From the NCBI RefSeq assembly GCF_009914755.1, contig NC_060930.1: a DNA stretch of 64,000 nt; one strand, given 5' to 3'. Source of the DNA: the human T2T-CHM13v2.0 reference genome, Homo sapiens. Shown here piece after piece: positions 1-15,171 of the stretch; position 1 is the stretch's first letter, and every line of letters starts with the position of its first letter. Under the pieces are notes generated by a model, which saw nothing but the letters and a program-made list of their open reading frames with translations, ran no database searches and had not been told where the DNA came from. The translations under genes and the position numbers were made by a program.

Positions 1-1049
1 GTCAACTAGACTAACTAGACTATATATCTAGGTAAAGGAAATACCTCCTTCCAATATTCCTTTACTTAAAATTAACATGATAAAACTATGAATTTTCAAA
101 TCTACTTTTATATGTTGTCCTTTCTACCAAGGAAAGATTCATTTACATATAGCATTTTAGTTGATTTTAGAAACCAGTATTTTTGTTACAATTTTATATT
201 ATTACTGTTATAATGACTTAGGTCTATTCCATTAATAATTTATAAAATGATACTTCTTATAGGTTACAATGTGACATGCCTGTGCCCCCACCCCCAAATT
301 TTACAATCTGTGGTAATTTAATTGTTAAAAAGCAACAGCAATATCTACATTTACATCTAACAAGGAGGAGGCATGTGAAAGTGCATGCATGCATATATAA
401 CATGTACTTAGATTTATATATGCAAATTTTAGTAATTAGTTTTCCAGTGGATATTCTTTCTAAATTGCATTTTTGTTTTTATTTTCAACACAAGTCAAAG
501 TATATTTTAAAATATTTTTGTTTCCAGGCAAAACAAAATTGGTAAGATTTATGTTGCTTTTGTCCATGTTTGTGATGTCATGCCATTATTCCATCAAAAG
601 CTCTGATTTCTATCAAGATGTAAAAGTGAGTGAACCAACATATGGATGCTTATGAATACAGATACATTAAAAGGACTAGATGCATCCCTAGTAAATGGTT
701 TCTTGTGTTACTAATAGAGCATTAGCATAAGAACCTTCAAATCACTAGATCATGTTGATGCTCTCAAATAACTTGCAATATCTTTCCACATAAACACACT
801 ATACAGTATATAATTCTGTATGTTGTACTATATACTATTGTAAACAGTATAATTAAATTGCATCATAGACAAATCAAACTACTCTATTTCAAGAAATTAT
901 TAAAAAGTTTTCATAACCAAAACAGTATGGTATTGGCAAAAGAATGAACAAATACATCAATGAGTAAAAGTAGAGCATCCAGAGTTGGACCCCCACAGAC
1001 AACTAATTTTATACAGAGTGCCAAAGTAATTCAGTATAGTACAGGTACT

Positions 1050-2720
1050 CTCCATGATGAAGCAGGCTTTATTCCTGAGATGCAAGGTTTGTTCAACATA
1101 TGCAAATCAATAAATGTGATTTACCATCTTATCAGAATTAAAAAATGATCACCTCAATGGATGCAGAAAAAGCTTTCAATAAAATCCATCATTATTTCAT
1201 GATAAAAACTCTCAACAGACTAGGCATTGAAGGAATATACTTCAAAACAATAACAGCCTTCCATGGGAAACCCACAGCCAACATTATACTGAACAGGCAA
1301 AAGTTGGAAGCCTTTTACTTAAGACAAGGAACAAGACAAGGATGCCCAATCTCACCACTCCTATTCAACATAGTACTAGAAGTCCTAGCCAGAGCAACCA
1401 GGCAAGTGGAAGACATAAAAAGTATGCAAATAGAACAAGAAGCCAAATTATCTCTCTTCACTGATGATATAGTTCTGCATATAGAAAACCCTGAAGACTG
1501 CATCAAAAGGCTCCTAGAACTTCAGGAAATTTCAAGACACAAAATCAATGTACAAAAATCAGTAGCGTTTCTATACTCTAATGATGTTCAAGCTAAGAAC
1601 CAAATCAAGAATGCAATCCCACTGATAATAGCCACACAAAAGCAATCCTAGGAATAGAGCTAACCAAGGAGGCAAGATCTTTGCAAATAGAACTACAATG
1701 CACTGCTGAAAGAAATCATAGATAATGCAAACAAATAGAAAAACTTTCCATGCTCAAAGACTGGAAAAATAAATATCATTAAAATGACCATACCATCCAA
1801 AGACATTTACAGATTTAATGCTATTCCTCACAAACTACAAACATCAATTAGAAAAAAAAAAAAACTATTTAAAATTTATCTGGAACAAAAAAAGAGCCCA
1901 AGTTGCTAAAGCAATCCTAAAAGAAGAACAAAGCTGGAAGAATCATACTACCCGGCTTCAAGCTATACTGTTAGGCTATAGCAACCAAAACAGCTTGCTA
2001 CTGGTACAGAAAAAGACATCTAGACAAATGGAACAGAGTAAAAAACACAGAAATAAAGCACCACATCTGCAACCATTTAATCTTCCACAAAATTAACAAA
2101 AATAAGCAATGGGAAAAGCACCACTTATTCAATAAATGGTGCCTGGATAACTGGTTTAGCCATATGCAAGAGAATAAAACTGGACCCTTACCTTTCACTA
2201 CACACAAAAATTAATTCAAAATTGATTAAGAATTTAAGTGTGAGACCTCAAACTACAAAAATTCTAGAAGAAAACCTAAGAAATGCCATCTAAACATTGG
2301 CCTTGGCAAAGAATTCCTAAGTCCCCAAATAGCAATTACGACAACAAAAAATGGACAATTGGGACCTAATTAAAGTAAATATTTTCTTCACAGCAAAGAA
2401 ACTATAAACAGAATAAACAGACAACCTACATAATGGGATAAAATATTTGCAAAGTATTCATCTAACAAAGGTCTGATGTCCGGAATCTATAAGGAACTTA
2501 AATCAACAAGCAAAGAACTCTATTAAAAAGTAGGCAAAAGTCGTGAACAGACATTTCTCAAAAAAAGATACATAAGCATTCTACAAACTTATGAAAAAGT
2601 GCTCAACATCATTAATCATCAGTGAAATGCACATTAAAACCACAATGAGATACCATCTCACATTAGTCAGAATGGCTATTATTACAAATTTAAAAAATAA
2701 CGGATGCTGGAGAGGCTGTG
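1050..2720 (+). mobile_element. LINE-1 ORF2 fragment (RT to C-terminal region), older primate L1, truncated at both ends
   Basis: ORF 1145-1651 translates to L1 ORF2-like [32 protein letters not shown] and LSLFTDD; L1 similarity continues to ACAATGAGATACCATCTCACA; stops and frameshifts throughout. Confidence 0.93.
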
Positions 2721-5700
2721 AAACCACATTCTATTGATTATTTGTTAGACTTAGAAAGGTTACTAAAATGACAAACTATATAACGTGAGAAGTCTATATG
2801 CAGTTTTTGTGACTAGTTATAGAATAAATATGTAACGATAAATTGATGACATAAAATAGCTGCTTTATTGTCAGTTTTATGCAGGACAAAATATTATAAG
2901 CAAGAATAGCAAAGCCTAAAATGAAAGCCTAGGTTTTGAGAGAAAGTTTAAAGATTGCCTTAAGAGATGATCTGACAAATTATGGCAGCTATGATAAAAC
3001 GTATTTGTAGAATACTTCAAATACTTCCTGTGATGCCATATCATTTCTCAGTTAGTTCTTTCTTTTGCTCACATCCCTTTCAACAGAATCTCAACTTTCT
3101 TTCCATTTCTGTTTCTATGAAATAGTATCGTGACAAATGCAGATTTTCTTTTGCTGTTATGTTATTGAGGATACTTGGAACCTACCATTAAAAGGTTAAA
3201 TATGTGTACACTGAATTGTTCCTACATCATACTATAATCTTATACTAGCAATTTTTAAGGATACAATATGTGTGGATGATAATGTGTTTAATTATGTAAA
3301 TATTAATAAGATTCACATTATATTTATACTTTGCTATTTTCAGACATTTTGGGTGTATGTACAAAGTCTTTTACATAAAGAAAAAGTTAATATCTCGGAT
3401 TTGTTACCTAGCAGCTCTCCAAAACTTTTGCATGCAATAATGTAGCATTCTCTAGTAATAGTACTGTAATTTTTCCATATAATATAAAATTTATTTGTTT
3501 TAAAGTAATGCTCAGACACACACACAAACTCATATGTTCACTTACACATATCCAAAGTCACCAAACATAAAATCAGGTTATTTTAGTTGACATATTCAGG
3601 TAAGAACATCTCAGAGGTGAAAAATAACAATTTTATTCATTAAAATGCTTTGCACTATTCTCATCTTTTATTTTTAATATAAAATAACAGTAGAAACTTC
3701 TTAAAATTACTTATTTTAGGCTGTTGTTTCTAAAGAAGGGAGGCAGTTGTTTGATTTCCTTTGATTTATACCTTGAGCCACAATGCAAGATTCCAAAGAG
3801 ACATAAAAGTGTTTACCTGACTAGTAAGAGATATAAGCTAGAAATGTTTAACATTTCTAGCTCTTTATCTCTGACTAATTTCCAGCTCTACATAATTTCT
3901 GCTTTTAACATGAAAGAAAAATCATTTCCTGAAAGGCAGGAATATTACTCTTGAAATATAAAACCAGCCATAAAAATAATAATACTAACTAAAGCAGCAT
4001 CAAGTGTCAAAAATCAAGAAATCACATGTGAAATGCAAAATGGAATTGCCACGAAAGGGAAAAATTATTATATGTGAGAAAGTTAAATGTTGATTAAGCA
4101 TATTTAATCCATATGAAAAATTGATATAATTATTTAAACTCATTTTCCAGTAAAATAATCTGCTGATTGTAATAATCATATTAGTATGTGTACACTTTTA
4201 CTGCTAAAAAGCTCCATCTTATTCCATTGAGGAAAGTAAGAAATAACAAGCTGACAAAAACATGAAGATTCTAATGAGGAGACACATAGACCAAGCACAT
4301 GCACAAAAACTCACAATTTTAACAATGGGATTTTCTGTTTCCAGTTAAGCAGTACCAGTCATTCATCTGAAGGTGACTTTCCCAAATTATCAAATATATT
4401 TTTAAACTCTGCAATCTCTTAATACTGCATTTTATGAACATTTACAGATTCTTTTCCAAGTTAGCGTTTATCTCAGAGAAACATATTTTGCCCTCTAGAC
4501 AAAAAATAAAATAAAATGAAATTCACACAGCATTAAGCAGAGTTTTTTATAATCAAAAAATATTATATATTTCTAGAAACTATTGCAGGTACCATTTACT
4601 CATAGGTGTTCTTCTCTTTTTTTTTTTTTTTTTTAGTTAACTTTATCTGAAAGGTCAATGAATCACTCCCTTCTCTAATACACTTCCCCTTCTTTTGCCC
4701 TTGATCTTTTTGATCCAGGATTGGCAGATGTGGAGCCCTGAGGCAAAGCCATTGACAGAGAATCCCACAGAGCTTAAGATGCATACATTCTATTTTTGGA
4801 ATGTTACACTCACCAATAAGGACATTTACTTTGGCAACTGAGACCTGCATACATTGAGTTCAACCTGGAATAATGTGGGAGAGATTTCCTATTCATTTTT
4901 CAGGGAGGCATGATTCCCCATCTGTCTCGTCCAGTTTCCTGGTTGGGTTTTCTTGGTTTACCGGCAGCATTCAGTGCCTGCTGTTGCCACTTTCTAGAAG
5001 CCACCAGTGCTTTGTTTCTTTTATCCGTCTAGAATGGTATCTGTACAAGATGTTTTTAGTTCATTTTTAATTATACTTTCTTACAGAGGTTATGATTAGG
5101 TTTCAAATAGGATGTCTAACCCCCTAACAGTGATATATTCTTTGCCTTTGCATACATAAAACAGACTATCCTTTTAGAGAACTCTTTCACTACTTCCCTC
5201 AGTCTCCATAAATGCCTGTATTGTTTTTGCAATGAGGGAAGTAAATCCTTTATTTTTTTTTTTTTCTGGTCATCGTCCTTTTATTTCTTAGCTTCTCCTT
5301 ATTTCTGTCATGTTTCAATTCTTCAAATAATTGGGCCTTAACCAAGGCTAATCCATTTAGAAGTCTAAGTCCACTTCACTTTAGTTCTGTGGCTCTCTAT
5401 GTTCTGACACTTCCTCTGGGAAAAATTCCTTTCAACCATGTATAAGATTTCTTCTTTACTAAGTTATATATAAATATATAAATATATATTATGATTATGT
5501 ATATTATGATTTTATATATATAATCATATGCTTTTCAAGGTTCAGTAGAGTCCCTCAAATTTCTTCTCAAAGAAACAAATATTAGAAGATGTTTTCAATA
5601 TTCCTGTGTTAATCACTGCTCAATCAGTGTCAATTAAACACCATCTTTGCCCAGTACAGTCACACAGAATAGCTTAAGCTTGGATCACAGCATGCATCTC

Positions 5701-5852
5701 TGAAGATCAGGTGACAAGCAAGCCTTCAAATATTGCCAAGTCCCAAGATATCTTCATTTCTACACATCTTTGGCCAACTTACTTCAAAAACCTAAAGGAC
5801 TGTACCTAGACTCTGAAACTATGAAATATAAAATTCAAAAAGTCTACTTAAA

Positions 5853-6150
5853 GTCCGGGCCTGATGGCTCAGGCCTGTAATCCCAGCACTTTGGGAGGCC
5901 GAAGTGGTTGGATCACCTGAGGTCAGGAGTTTGAGACCAGCCTGGCCAACATGACGAAAACCCATCTCTACTAAAAATACAAAAATTAACCGGGAATGGT
6001 GGTGTGTGCCTGTAATCTCAGCTATCCAGCAGGCTGAGGCAGGATAATTGCTTGAACCCAGGCTGTGGAGGTTGCAGTGAGCCGAGATCGTGCAATTCTG
6101 CTCCATCCTGGGAAACAGAGCGAGACACCATCTCAAAAAAAAAAAAAAAA
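5853..6150 (+). mobile_element. Alu (AluS family), full length with A tail
   Basis: Dimeric Alu; TSD AAAAAGTCTACTTAAA at 5837-5852 and 6146-6161. Confidence 0.96.
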
Positions 6151-6267
6151 GTCTACTTAAATACTCTTCAATTTATCAGCGTGACAGAGACTCCGATCCA
6201 TCCCATCTAGGATATAACCTGTCAGGGACATTAGTGCAAGAACTAAAAGCTTGCTTGTAGAATCATG

Positions 6268-6327
6268 TTATATATATACATACATATATATGTGTGTATA
6301 TATATGTATGTTTATATAGATACATAT
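6268..6327. repeat. (TA)n/(TG)n low-complexity microsatellite
   Basis: tatatatatacatacatatatatgtgtgtatatata... Confidence 0.75.
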
Positions 6328-8750
6328 TTTCCCCCTTTAATTGTCTCTCCAAATGGTAGTCAGGAACTCATGGTCTCTCCTTCTGTACTTTTTTGTTAGG
6401 AGGTTATGGCAAGTCATGGAATAGATACACAAGTAGCTAAGGTTTAGACCACGATGGAGGTACTCAAAGTTAAGACCTATCTGCTTGGCAAGATTTCTCT
6501 AAACTTACATACAATATTTTCACACATTATATACTGTAAACCTAACATTCTGGAAAAACTTTGAGCATGTTCAATTTCAGATGGTAAAGGTTGGCAAAGC
6601 AACTTTATGATCCATGCTCATACTATTATATTTTATTTTACCTCAAGATAGAGATGATCCTTGTTTATTGCTCTTAGACACTTATACAACAAATATTGAT
6701 GTTCATTGGTATCAAGGAGTATGAGTTGATATCAATTGTTGATATAAATTATATCAATGATAATGAGTAAGCTCATTCCAAGTGTAAGGCACTGTAAGTG
6801 ATATTAATTTGCATGTGATGTGGACTCAATATTCAAGGAGCACACAGCCTAATAAGGTAAATCATTATTGTAATACAAGGTAAAATAATAAAGAATTGCA
6901 AATATAGTGCTGTGGGATTTCAAGTGAGCAGGAATTCCTTCTAGTGTCACTAATATCAATACAATCTCACTTCTTGGGCTTTTAGAAATCACAAATCTGT
7001 CTACTAGTTGGCTAATTACAATATTCAGTGTGATTTTGCTTTCCAGAATTAAAAAAATAAGTTACTGAGTTCTAACAGCAATGGAAATTTTATACAAACT
7101 TTACCTAGAACACTTTAGCTGTCTCCTCAAATAATGAGATCGCATTTCTAGATAAGAAGATATGAATGGAGTAATTGTAAGGTTTACTCTAATGATGTGT
7201 TTGTATGCATGTGTCTGTGTACATGTGTAGTTTTTTTCATTGTTTTGTTTCCTTTTTTGAGGAGAAGATAGGGGACCAAGAGAGTCCACTGGCAAAAATC
7301 TAAGAATGTATATAGCAAAGTCACAAACTAAGAAAACAAAAAATGATACCACTATTGTTGCATGACATGTAAATTAAACTTCTCCCTGGAATGACACTCG
7401 AGTTTTTCTCCTTCGAACAATTTCAGAGGACATTACATGTTTCTTCAACTTATTGTTTTCTTGGTAGCCACTAAGTGAGATGGTTGCAGACAGATGCTAT
7501 TATTCTTATTGTAGAAAATGCAGTGTGGGGTGTTACGCTAAAACTCTGATCGCTTTCCTTTTCTCTCCTGGTTAGGAGTTAGTCACATAACATGGATCCA
7601 TGTGTAGCACCTTTACCTTTCGTCTAGATTTCCTTATGCTCCTTTGCAAGAATGAAGAAGGGGACACATGCCAACCACATATATGGATTTCACAAGTGCT
7701 GTCACTTTTTCAGTTTATAAAGAAATGTTAGGCAATAGTAATGTCAAAGAAATGAATGCATTGACAGATTTCCTAGGTATAGCATGTTCAACTGGTAGAG
7801 AAGAGATGATGGCTGACAAGTATGTAGACATTTTTCTTGGAATTGAAGATATTCTCAGGCCTCTAAAGCATTTATAAAATAGATGAGGCCCAAATCCAAT
7901 GGTATGTGAAAATTCTTCACTTATTTAAGAGAACCCAAGTCATCAGTACAATAAAATAAAGAAGGCTTTTTCTTTACCAAAGAAGATAAAAGGGGATCAA
8001 AGACGGTGATATTAATTAAAAACATGTTGAAGTTTAGTCCATAGATATTAGAATTAGATATCTAAAAGCCCATACCTGGTTTTTAGAAATTGCTGAGAAA
8101 ACAAAACCACAGGCACAAGAAGGCGGAAGGGGCCTGATACAGTAAGAGTAGGCAATACAAGATGAATTTATGATAAACATGGTGAATTGGTTGGGATATG
8201 TCTGTCTCAAGGGACTAATGTAAGACTCAAACTTATAGGAAAAGCAAGTATAAACAGATTTACAAAATTTAATTTTGTTTTTTAGAACTGCAGGGTCTTA
8301 GCAAGGCTTTTAGCCTCCTACAGTGACCTAGTCAGAGAGCGTGGAGTTGAGGAAAGTTAAAAGGCTTTGATGATTCATTGTATTGAACTTTAGAAAATAT
8401 AAGAAAATGTTGAAGTAAAAGTTTAGGCTGGAAGTTCAGCCTCTGATGGCCCAGGTGTGTAAGTCGTACACATTTAAGAAAATATTTATTTTTTCACATT
8501 GCTAGAAAGTTATTATCATCAATAAAGTTTTCCAAACCAAACAGCTGAGAGGGCAGTGATTTTTCCCTCTGAGAGATAAGCAATAAAATATGTACTCTTA
8601 CAGAATAAAGAACACGTCTAAGTGTTGACGGTAGTCTAAATAAAATTATTAATAGCTAAAAGAAGGAAAGAGTCCATCAGAGCCAGTGCTGGCACAGACA
8701 AGGGGAGGTTGGAAAATAAATAAATACATACATACACAAAGCGGTATTTC

Positions 8751-9020
8751 TTTTTTTTTTTTCTTTTTTTTTTTTTTGAGTCGGAATCTCACTCTGTCGC
8801 CCAGGCTGGAGTGCAATGGCGCGATCTCATTCTCCTGCCTCAGCTTCCCGAGTAGCTGGGACTACAGGCGCCCTCTACCACGTCCGGCTAATTTTTTGTA
8901 TTTTTAGTAGAGACGGAGTTTCACTGTTAGCCAGGATGGTCTTGATCTCCTGACCTCATGATCTGCCCGCCTCAGCCTCCCAAAGTGCTGGAATTACAGG
9001 CGTGAACCACTGCGCCCAGC
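8751..9020 (-). mobile_element. Alu (AluY/Sc-like) with a 35-bp internal deletion
   Basis: Poly-T then reverse Alu; GTTAGCCAGGATGGTC diagnostic; GCGATCTC joined directly to ATTCTCCTGCC. Confidence 0.93.
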
Positions 9021-12000
9021 TATAAAGCAACATTTCTTAAAGCTCTGGCTAGAGTGGAGGATGTCCTAAATATGAATGTGGGGCCCTTTTAGCAGCCTAT
9101 ACTAACTAGTAGTTGACATAGATGACAGTAGGTGTTAACATTATATTATAGCCATTGCTCTGCTTCCAAGTTCACTAAGAAGTCTTACAATTAAAATTTG
9201 CCTTCTTATATGGATTCGTCCACAAGGAGAAAATAAGCAAATTGGTAAATGCATATTCAATTCACTTGTTCATTGTATTTAACTGCATATAAATTCATTG
9301 TCATTATTAGCATTTTTATCAGTCTCTTTGTGTTTTGTTAATGTAAATGAGCACCCACTTCAAATTCTGATTATCTCTAAAGTAATAATAGCAGAAATCC
9401 GGAGACTTCAGGAGTGAGGCCCAGTTGGTGGAATGTAATAACCCGATTCGCACTAAGGTATCGTCATAGGATTGGGCTGGCCCAGGTGTGTAGCCTGCTT
9501 CTTGTAGGTGATGCTTCCCTCTCTTGGTTAAGCACGAACTTCAAATAACACTGTGGCTCTAAAACTTAGTTATCACAAAGATTGGTTAGGTAAAATGTCA
9601 TGCAATAAGCAGTTATAAAAATGTCTATATTCAAGAGGAAAAAGTTGAAGTACTAAAGATTCCAGTGGTTTACAAAAATAATACTGGAGATAGTCAAGAG
9701 AGCCCAAGAAAACAGGCTACATTTGACTAATTCTATGAATCATTCTCTCTCCAAATGTCAACTATGCTTTAAATTGATGCTAATATAATTATTTAATTTA
9801 TCTTTAAACATTATTTTAAATGATGTTTAAAGAAAAATGTTACAATTTATCATCAAGCCATTATTACTTGCCAGACAATTGGGCAATTTAAGAATTAATA
9901 TAGTTAATAGAAGTTGAATAATACCTATGAAAATATTTATTTAAAATGAGCTGTATATATAAGTATACTGGAAAGAATTTACAGAAGATGTGAAGAAGAA
10001 TGGACAATAGGCTTTCTTAAGATGCTCCTTGGGGACCCTATAGGAAACATTTAAGCTCTTTGAGATTATTTATATAACCTATAAAATGGCATGCAACCTT
10101 AGCTTCTTGAAAGTAAAGTGCTAAATTATAATGTAAATTCCTTTATAATTAAATTATAAAATGTTATGAATATATAGTGGAAATCCAAGTTTAAAGTTGA
10201 GAAGAATCAGGACAATAAAACATTTATATTATATATAAGATTATGCAAAATTATGTTTTATTGGAAATGCTTTCGATTCCAAATTATTTAATTGCCTTAG
10301 ATTTCTATTTTAACCTGTATTGGGTAAACCCAGCCAAATCATAAAACATTTAAATCTTCCTACCTCTCAGGAGAAAATATGATGATTTTGGAAGCATATT
10401 CAGATTTAACAATATAACCTTGAAGCATTAATCTGCTTACATATTATAAACAATTTTCCTAATGTTGTCACTAAGAATGGGAAATACAAAAAATTAGAGA
10501 TTTCTTCACAGGAATAAACAATAGGCCAAAAACTTAAAAAGAGAAAACTAAAGTGAGATAAAGACATGCAAAGTACTAGTAATAAAAGCCAGTTAAACAC
10601 TGGATGCAATAGCTAAGAGCATGAATTCAAAGGGGAAGTTAACATGCCAAAAAGCAATAAAAAATTAAATAATAATAGCAGTAAATTAAAATAAGTCCAA
10701 ACAGACTGATCATGAAAAATCAGGATTCCTAGAAGTTGTGGTAATCACAAGGGTTAAAAGCTAGATGAAGAGACAGAAATATGAAAGAGATATGTAGTAA
10801 GAAGTAAGGAAAAGTGAATTATCTAGAGTCCAGTAAATCAGGAGCCAGAAGATGCACAGTGTCCAAGGAGTAGGACAGAATTTAGTCTATATTGAGATAA
10901 GATATTTGGGAAGAACACTGATTAATAAACCAGGTAGGTGACTTTGGGCATTTCAACGCTTCACCTAAGGGAAGGTGCTATTAATATTCTTTGTAATTCT
11001 AAGGACTGGGCATTCTGAGCTTGGCCTTAATTTCATTTAACTGGTATCTGCACAGGCATACACATAGGTGTAATTATGGCTGTAATTTATCTTTAAATTT
11101 GACATATACTTTAAAAATATCTATACATATAAAGCTGAAATAGTATTCACTTTCTCATTTTTTTAATATATATATAATTGGTGTAGGTCATTATTACAGC
11201 ATTTGAATAAAAGAATACTTCCCATAATATTTAAACCTGGTTGTCATTCAGATCATCTGGCATGCATGTCCTTTGGCCCATCTGTTAGGTTGTCGTGATG
11301 CCATACTGAGGAAGTGGCAAGCTAGTTTCAAGTAGACATAAATGCCAACCAAAGATTAATTTAGCAGGATAGCTTGTTGAGTGCAAAAAGTGACATCTCC
11401 TATAAGTGGAAATGCTTGACTAGCAATGCCAGACTGGGGTCTTGTGCTTCATTACATGTGAGTGCATCTGTTGCCACTTGTTGCCCTAATTCCATAAAAG
11501 AGAATAATTTTCACTATGAAACTTCTTTGGAAAAATGGAAGCATAGGTAATTGCATAGATAATAGAGGACAGACCTTATTATGGCATATCTGATAAAATT
11601 GCTGAGATAGATGCTTCTGAAAAGTAGTTGAATAAATGAATATACAATATTTCTCTAGAGTTTAAAATATTTGGTCAAGAATTCAATGGTATCATTGAAC
11701 AAGAAGCAGATTTAAAGAAGAACATGTAATTATTCATCCCATATTTTAAAAAATGAACACTCCATGAAATGGATTTTAGCAATATAGTTTATGCATAGCT
11801 CCATGCAGAAAAGAGAGGAAAAAAAAAGAGGGTAACTTCAAGCATTATGATTGTGAAATTCATGTATTTTGGAAACTGATATAAATCATTTAAGATTAAA
11901 AGAAGCAATAAAGAAAGACAGGTTAACTGGAAAATAATAGCCAAGTAATACAAAGTAGTATATATCTTATTTTGTAAAATGCAAGAATAGAGAACTATTC

Positions 12001-13119
12001 ACAATGAAATTAAGTTAACCAAGTAAAATTTTGGAATATCATAAAGTTTATGACAATGGTAATGTTCAGAAAATTCACCTCTTCAATTCACTGTAATAAT
12101 TCATTCATGGATTTATTTATAAATATTTAGTGAGCAACTAGCATACCAAACCCAGTGATTGAGTCATCCTAATGACTTACCTGAAATAAAAGATTCTTTT
12201 TTATTTTTACTTCTAGATGACAAGTTTTCTTAAACTTAAGAATTTTTTAAATTTAAAATGATGGATAGTTGTTAAATAACAAAAGTGACAAGTGGTTACC
12301 ACATAAAATGTTTTAAGCAGTATTTCCCTTTCTTTTGTTTGTGTGAACTGATGTTTTAAAAGTTTGTGTATTATATTATTTTTCCCTTAAAATCATCTTA
12401 ACTGTGACTTTTATTTGAAATCTCAAATCAACCAGAGAAATCTATTGATCCCATATCACCACACTAATATATTAATACACTTATTTCATGTTATGACATT
12501 CCAGAGGAGATAATGATTTCCAAACCCAGGCATTAAATTCTCAAAATATATTTTCTTCATTAGAAAAGTGTTCTTTTGGAAATATAATGTACTGCAGAAG
12601 TTGGGGTTTTTTCATGTTTCATAAAATACAGCAACTGCTTTAATTACTTTGAGGAAAAAAAGAAACACAAGAGTTCTGATTCCAACATTTAAAGGCCATA
12701 AGCATCTTAATAACTCTCTAACATTGGAAAGCCTTATTCCATGTCTTTAAAGTTAAAAATCCTGTTTCCTTACATTATGATGAAAGGGCAGAATTACGAT
12801 ATTTTGCAATATGGTAACTCTCAACCGACTTACCAATTATAATCAGTTGTGCTTCTCTGAAATCAGTGATTCTACATAATGGACCAATTTAAAATCATCC
12901 TTACGTTAATCCCTAGAGGATTGTTTATATTTCTTAAACACCTATGTTTATTCAATTAGTACTTTTTCTAATTTTGATTCTGAAATCTGGTTATTTTATT
13001 TTATTGAAAAAAAATAACAGGACCTTTTTCTTTCTACAATATTCTCAGGTATTCCCGCAGTATTGAGTCCTAAGTATTTTAAATAAGTTAGCTAATGCAT
13101 CTTTCACAGTCAAATCATT

Positions 13120-13257
13120 ATGCAGATATTATTATTTGCCACCCCCCCCAATCCAATTACAGATGAAGAAACTGAGGATCATCTAATTATGGAATTTGTT
13201 CAGGGTCTGATAGCTGGCAAAAGGCCGAGCTAAGATTCAAACCTAGGCAGTCTGTAT
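13120..13257 (-). mobile_element. MIR fragment
   Basis: ACAGATGAAGAAACTGAGG...TTCAAACCTAGGCAGTCTG is the reverse of the MIR core. Confidence 0.75.
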
Positions 13258-13989
13258 TTATAATTTTAAACTGAGTCTTAATTCATGTGATTCAAAAGTC
13301 CTGAGAACAAACTGGATGAAATACAAGAAGTCATATTTTTTAATGTATTACTAGGTCTAAAATAAGGAAGAAATGAGAGGACAAAAGCATGATAAAAACG
13401 TAAGTGGGGAGAAATGAATTTGTAAAGGAACTGGTAATTGTTCTAAGGGCTTCTTATCACCTGATTTCTGGTGATATCCTAGAGCATTACTCTCATTAAG
13501 ATGTGTTCTGCACAGGAGGAGGAGACAATGCCTAGGGCCAATATAAGGGTGAATTTGATTCAGAGATTCCTAAACCATAGTTCACCTTCCACCATCAAAT
13601 CTAGCACAAAATAAATAACAAATACACAAAATTCCTTGCTTTGATTAGAGAAATATTTGTCTCACACTGTGAAGGTGAAAAAAAATGAAAGTATCTCCTT
13701 ACAGTTTCTAAGAAAAGTCCACTCTTAAAAGGATTTGGAACTAGAAAACTTAATATCCTGTACTTCTGAAATAAACAAGTTGATGACTAAAGTGGTCATT
13801 TTTTGTTTGTTTCTAACAAGCACTTATGAGAAGAAAAACCAAATCCTCTCTGCAATAATATAGTTTGTAGTGAGGTCTCAAAAAATGTATTATTAAAATT
13901 GGAAGTAATATGAGCTCATGATAGAAAAGTCAAGAATTCATGAGAAAACAAGGAACTGTAAATGATAGCTTGAAAGAGCTACTAATTTA

Positions 13990-14850
13990 GAATTGTACCT
14001 GCTAAGACTATGGTCACTAGAATTATCTGCTACAGAATATTAAGTATATATAATATATCACAATGTTATTAAGCAACAAGATATCATCAAAGTGAATTAA
14101 CCAGATATGAAAAAGGGCAACAAATTTTATACAGATTAAAAATGATACAGTAAATTATAAATGAAAGAAACATCCTAAAGCATAGATTCAAAATATTAAA
14201 AGAGAGAGTTACTGAATGAAAAGATGGATTTTAATATATTACAGATACTTTAGAGTGGATAGGAGAAAAAATATATAAAAGAGTAGTTAAGGGATATTGA
14301 GGAGAGAATGAGATGGTCTAATGCATACACAGTCACATTTTCATAAGGAGATAATGAAGAAAAGTAAAGAAGCAGCAGTTGTGATTATGATGAATATTTT
14401 GAAAATTCTCAGATTCAGAAAGCCTAGTGAATCTTAAGAAGAAGCAATAATATAAATAAATTCATATCTATATGCATATGGAAACTTCTGAATCGGAAAA
14501 ACAAAGAAAAAAAGACAGCCAGAGAAGATAATTGAGTTTCAATAGATAAGTTGTTATCAGACTGATAATTAAATTCTTGAAAACAGCAAGGAAGCTTGAG
14601 GACAATGAAAGCACATTCAACGACTGAGAGAATGTAACCATCAACTTAGCATTAGTATTTCTTATTTAGAAAAAATTCTGTTTTGCATGTAAGCAAAATT
14701 ATATTTTTTCTCAAACAAAATCAATGGAGTTTCTACTAACAGAGCTTCACATACATGAACAAATAGAAAAACAATAAGAGATTCAAACAATAAAATGATC
14801 AACTAAATATTAGTAAATATGGGTAACTTTACAAATCTTTATTGTTAGTA
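13990..14850 (+). mobile_element. Ancient L1M fragment (ORF1-like region)
   Basis: A-rich degenerate L1 ORF1-like motifs (ctcagattcagaaagcc, atcagactga, tcaacttagcatt); boundaries approximate. Confidence 0.5.
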
Positions 14851-14864
14851 ATAACATCTAATTT

Positions 14865-15171
14865 TTATTTTATTTTCTTTTACTTTCTTTTTTTGAGACA
14901 GGGTCTCACTATGTCACTGCAGTGCCATGGCTGGATCATGGCCCACTGCAGCCTCCACCTCCCAGGATCAAGTAATTCTTCCACCTTAGCCTCCCAAGTA
15001 GCTGGGACTACAAGCGTGTGCTACCAGGCCTGGCTAATTTTTGTATTTTTTGTAGAGATGAGATTTTGCCGTGTTGCCCAAGCTGGTCTTGAATGCCTAC
15101 GCTCAAGCAATCTGCTCGTCTCAGCCACCCAAAGTGCTGGGATTACAGGTGGGAGCCTCTGCTCCTGGCCC
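14865..15171 (-). mobile_element. AluJ
   Basis: GAGACAGGGTCTCACT, ATCATGGCCCACTGCAGCC, GTTGCCCAAGCTGGTCTTGAA; heavily diverged. Confidence 0.92.

Noticed and set aside
5819-6136. Alu-derived ORFs (also 8686-8907, 14842-15204, 34371-34856, 39696-40244, 54751-55071)
   Set aside because: Translations are standard antisense-Alu peptides or microsatellite runs
9395-9540. GC-richer patch with several CpGs as a possible exon or regulatory element
   Set aside because: No ORF, convincing splice pair or recognisable family; cannot be supported from sequence alone
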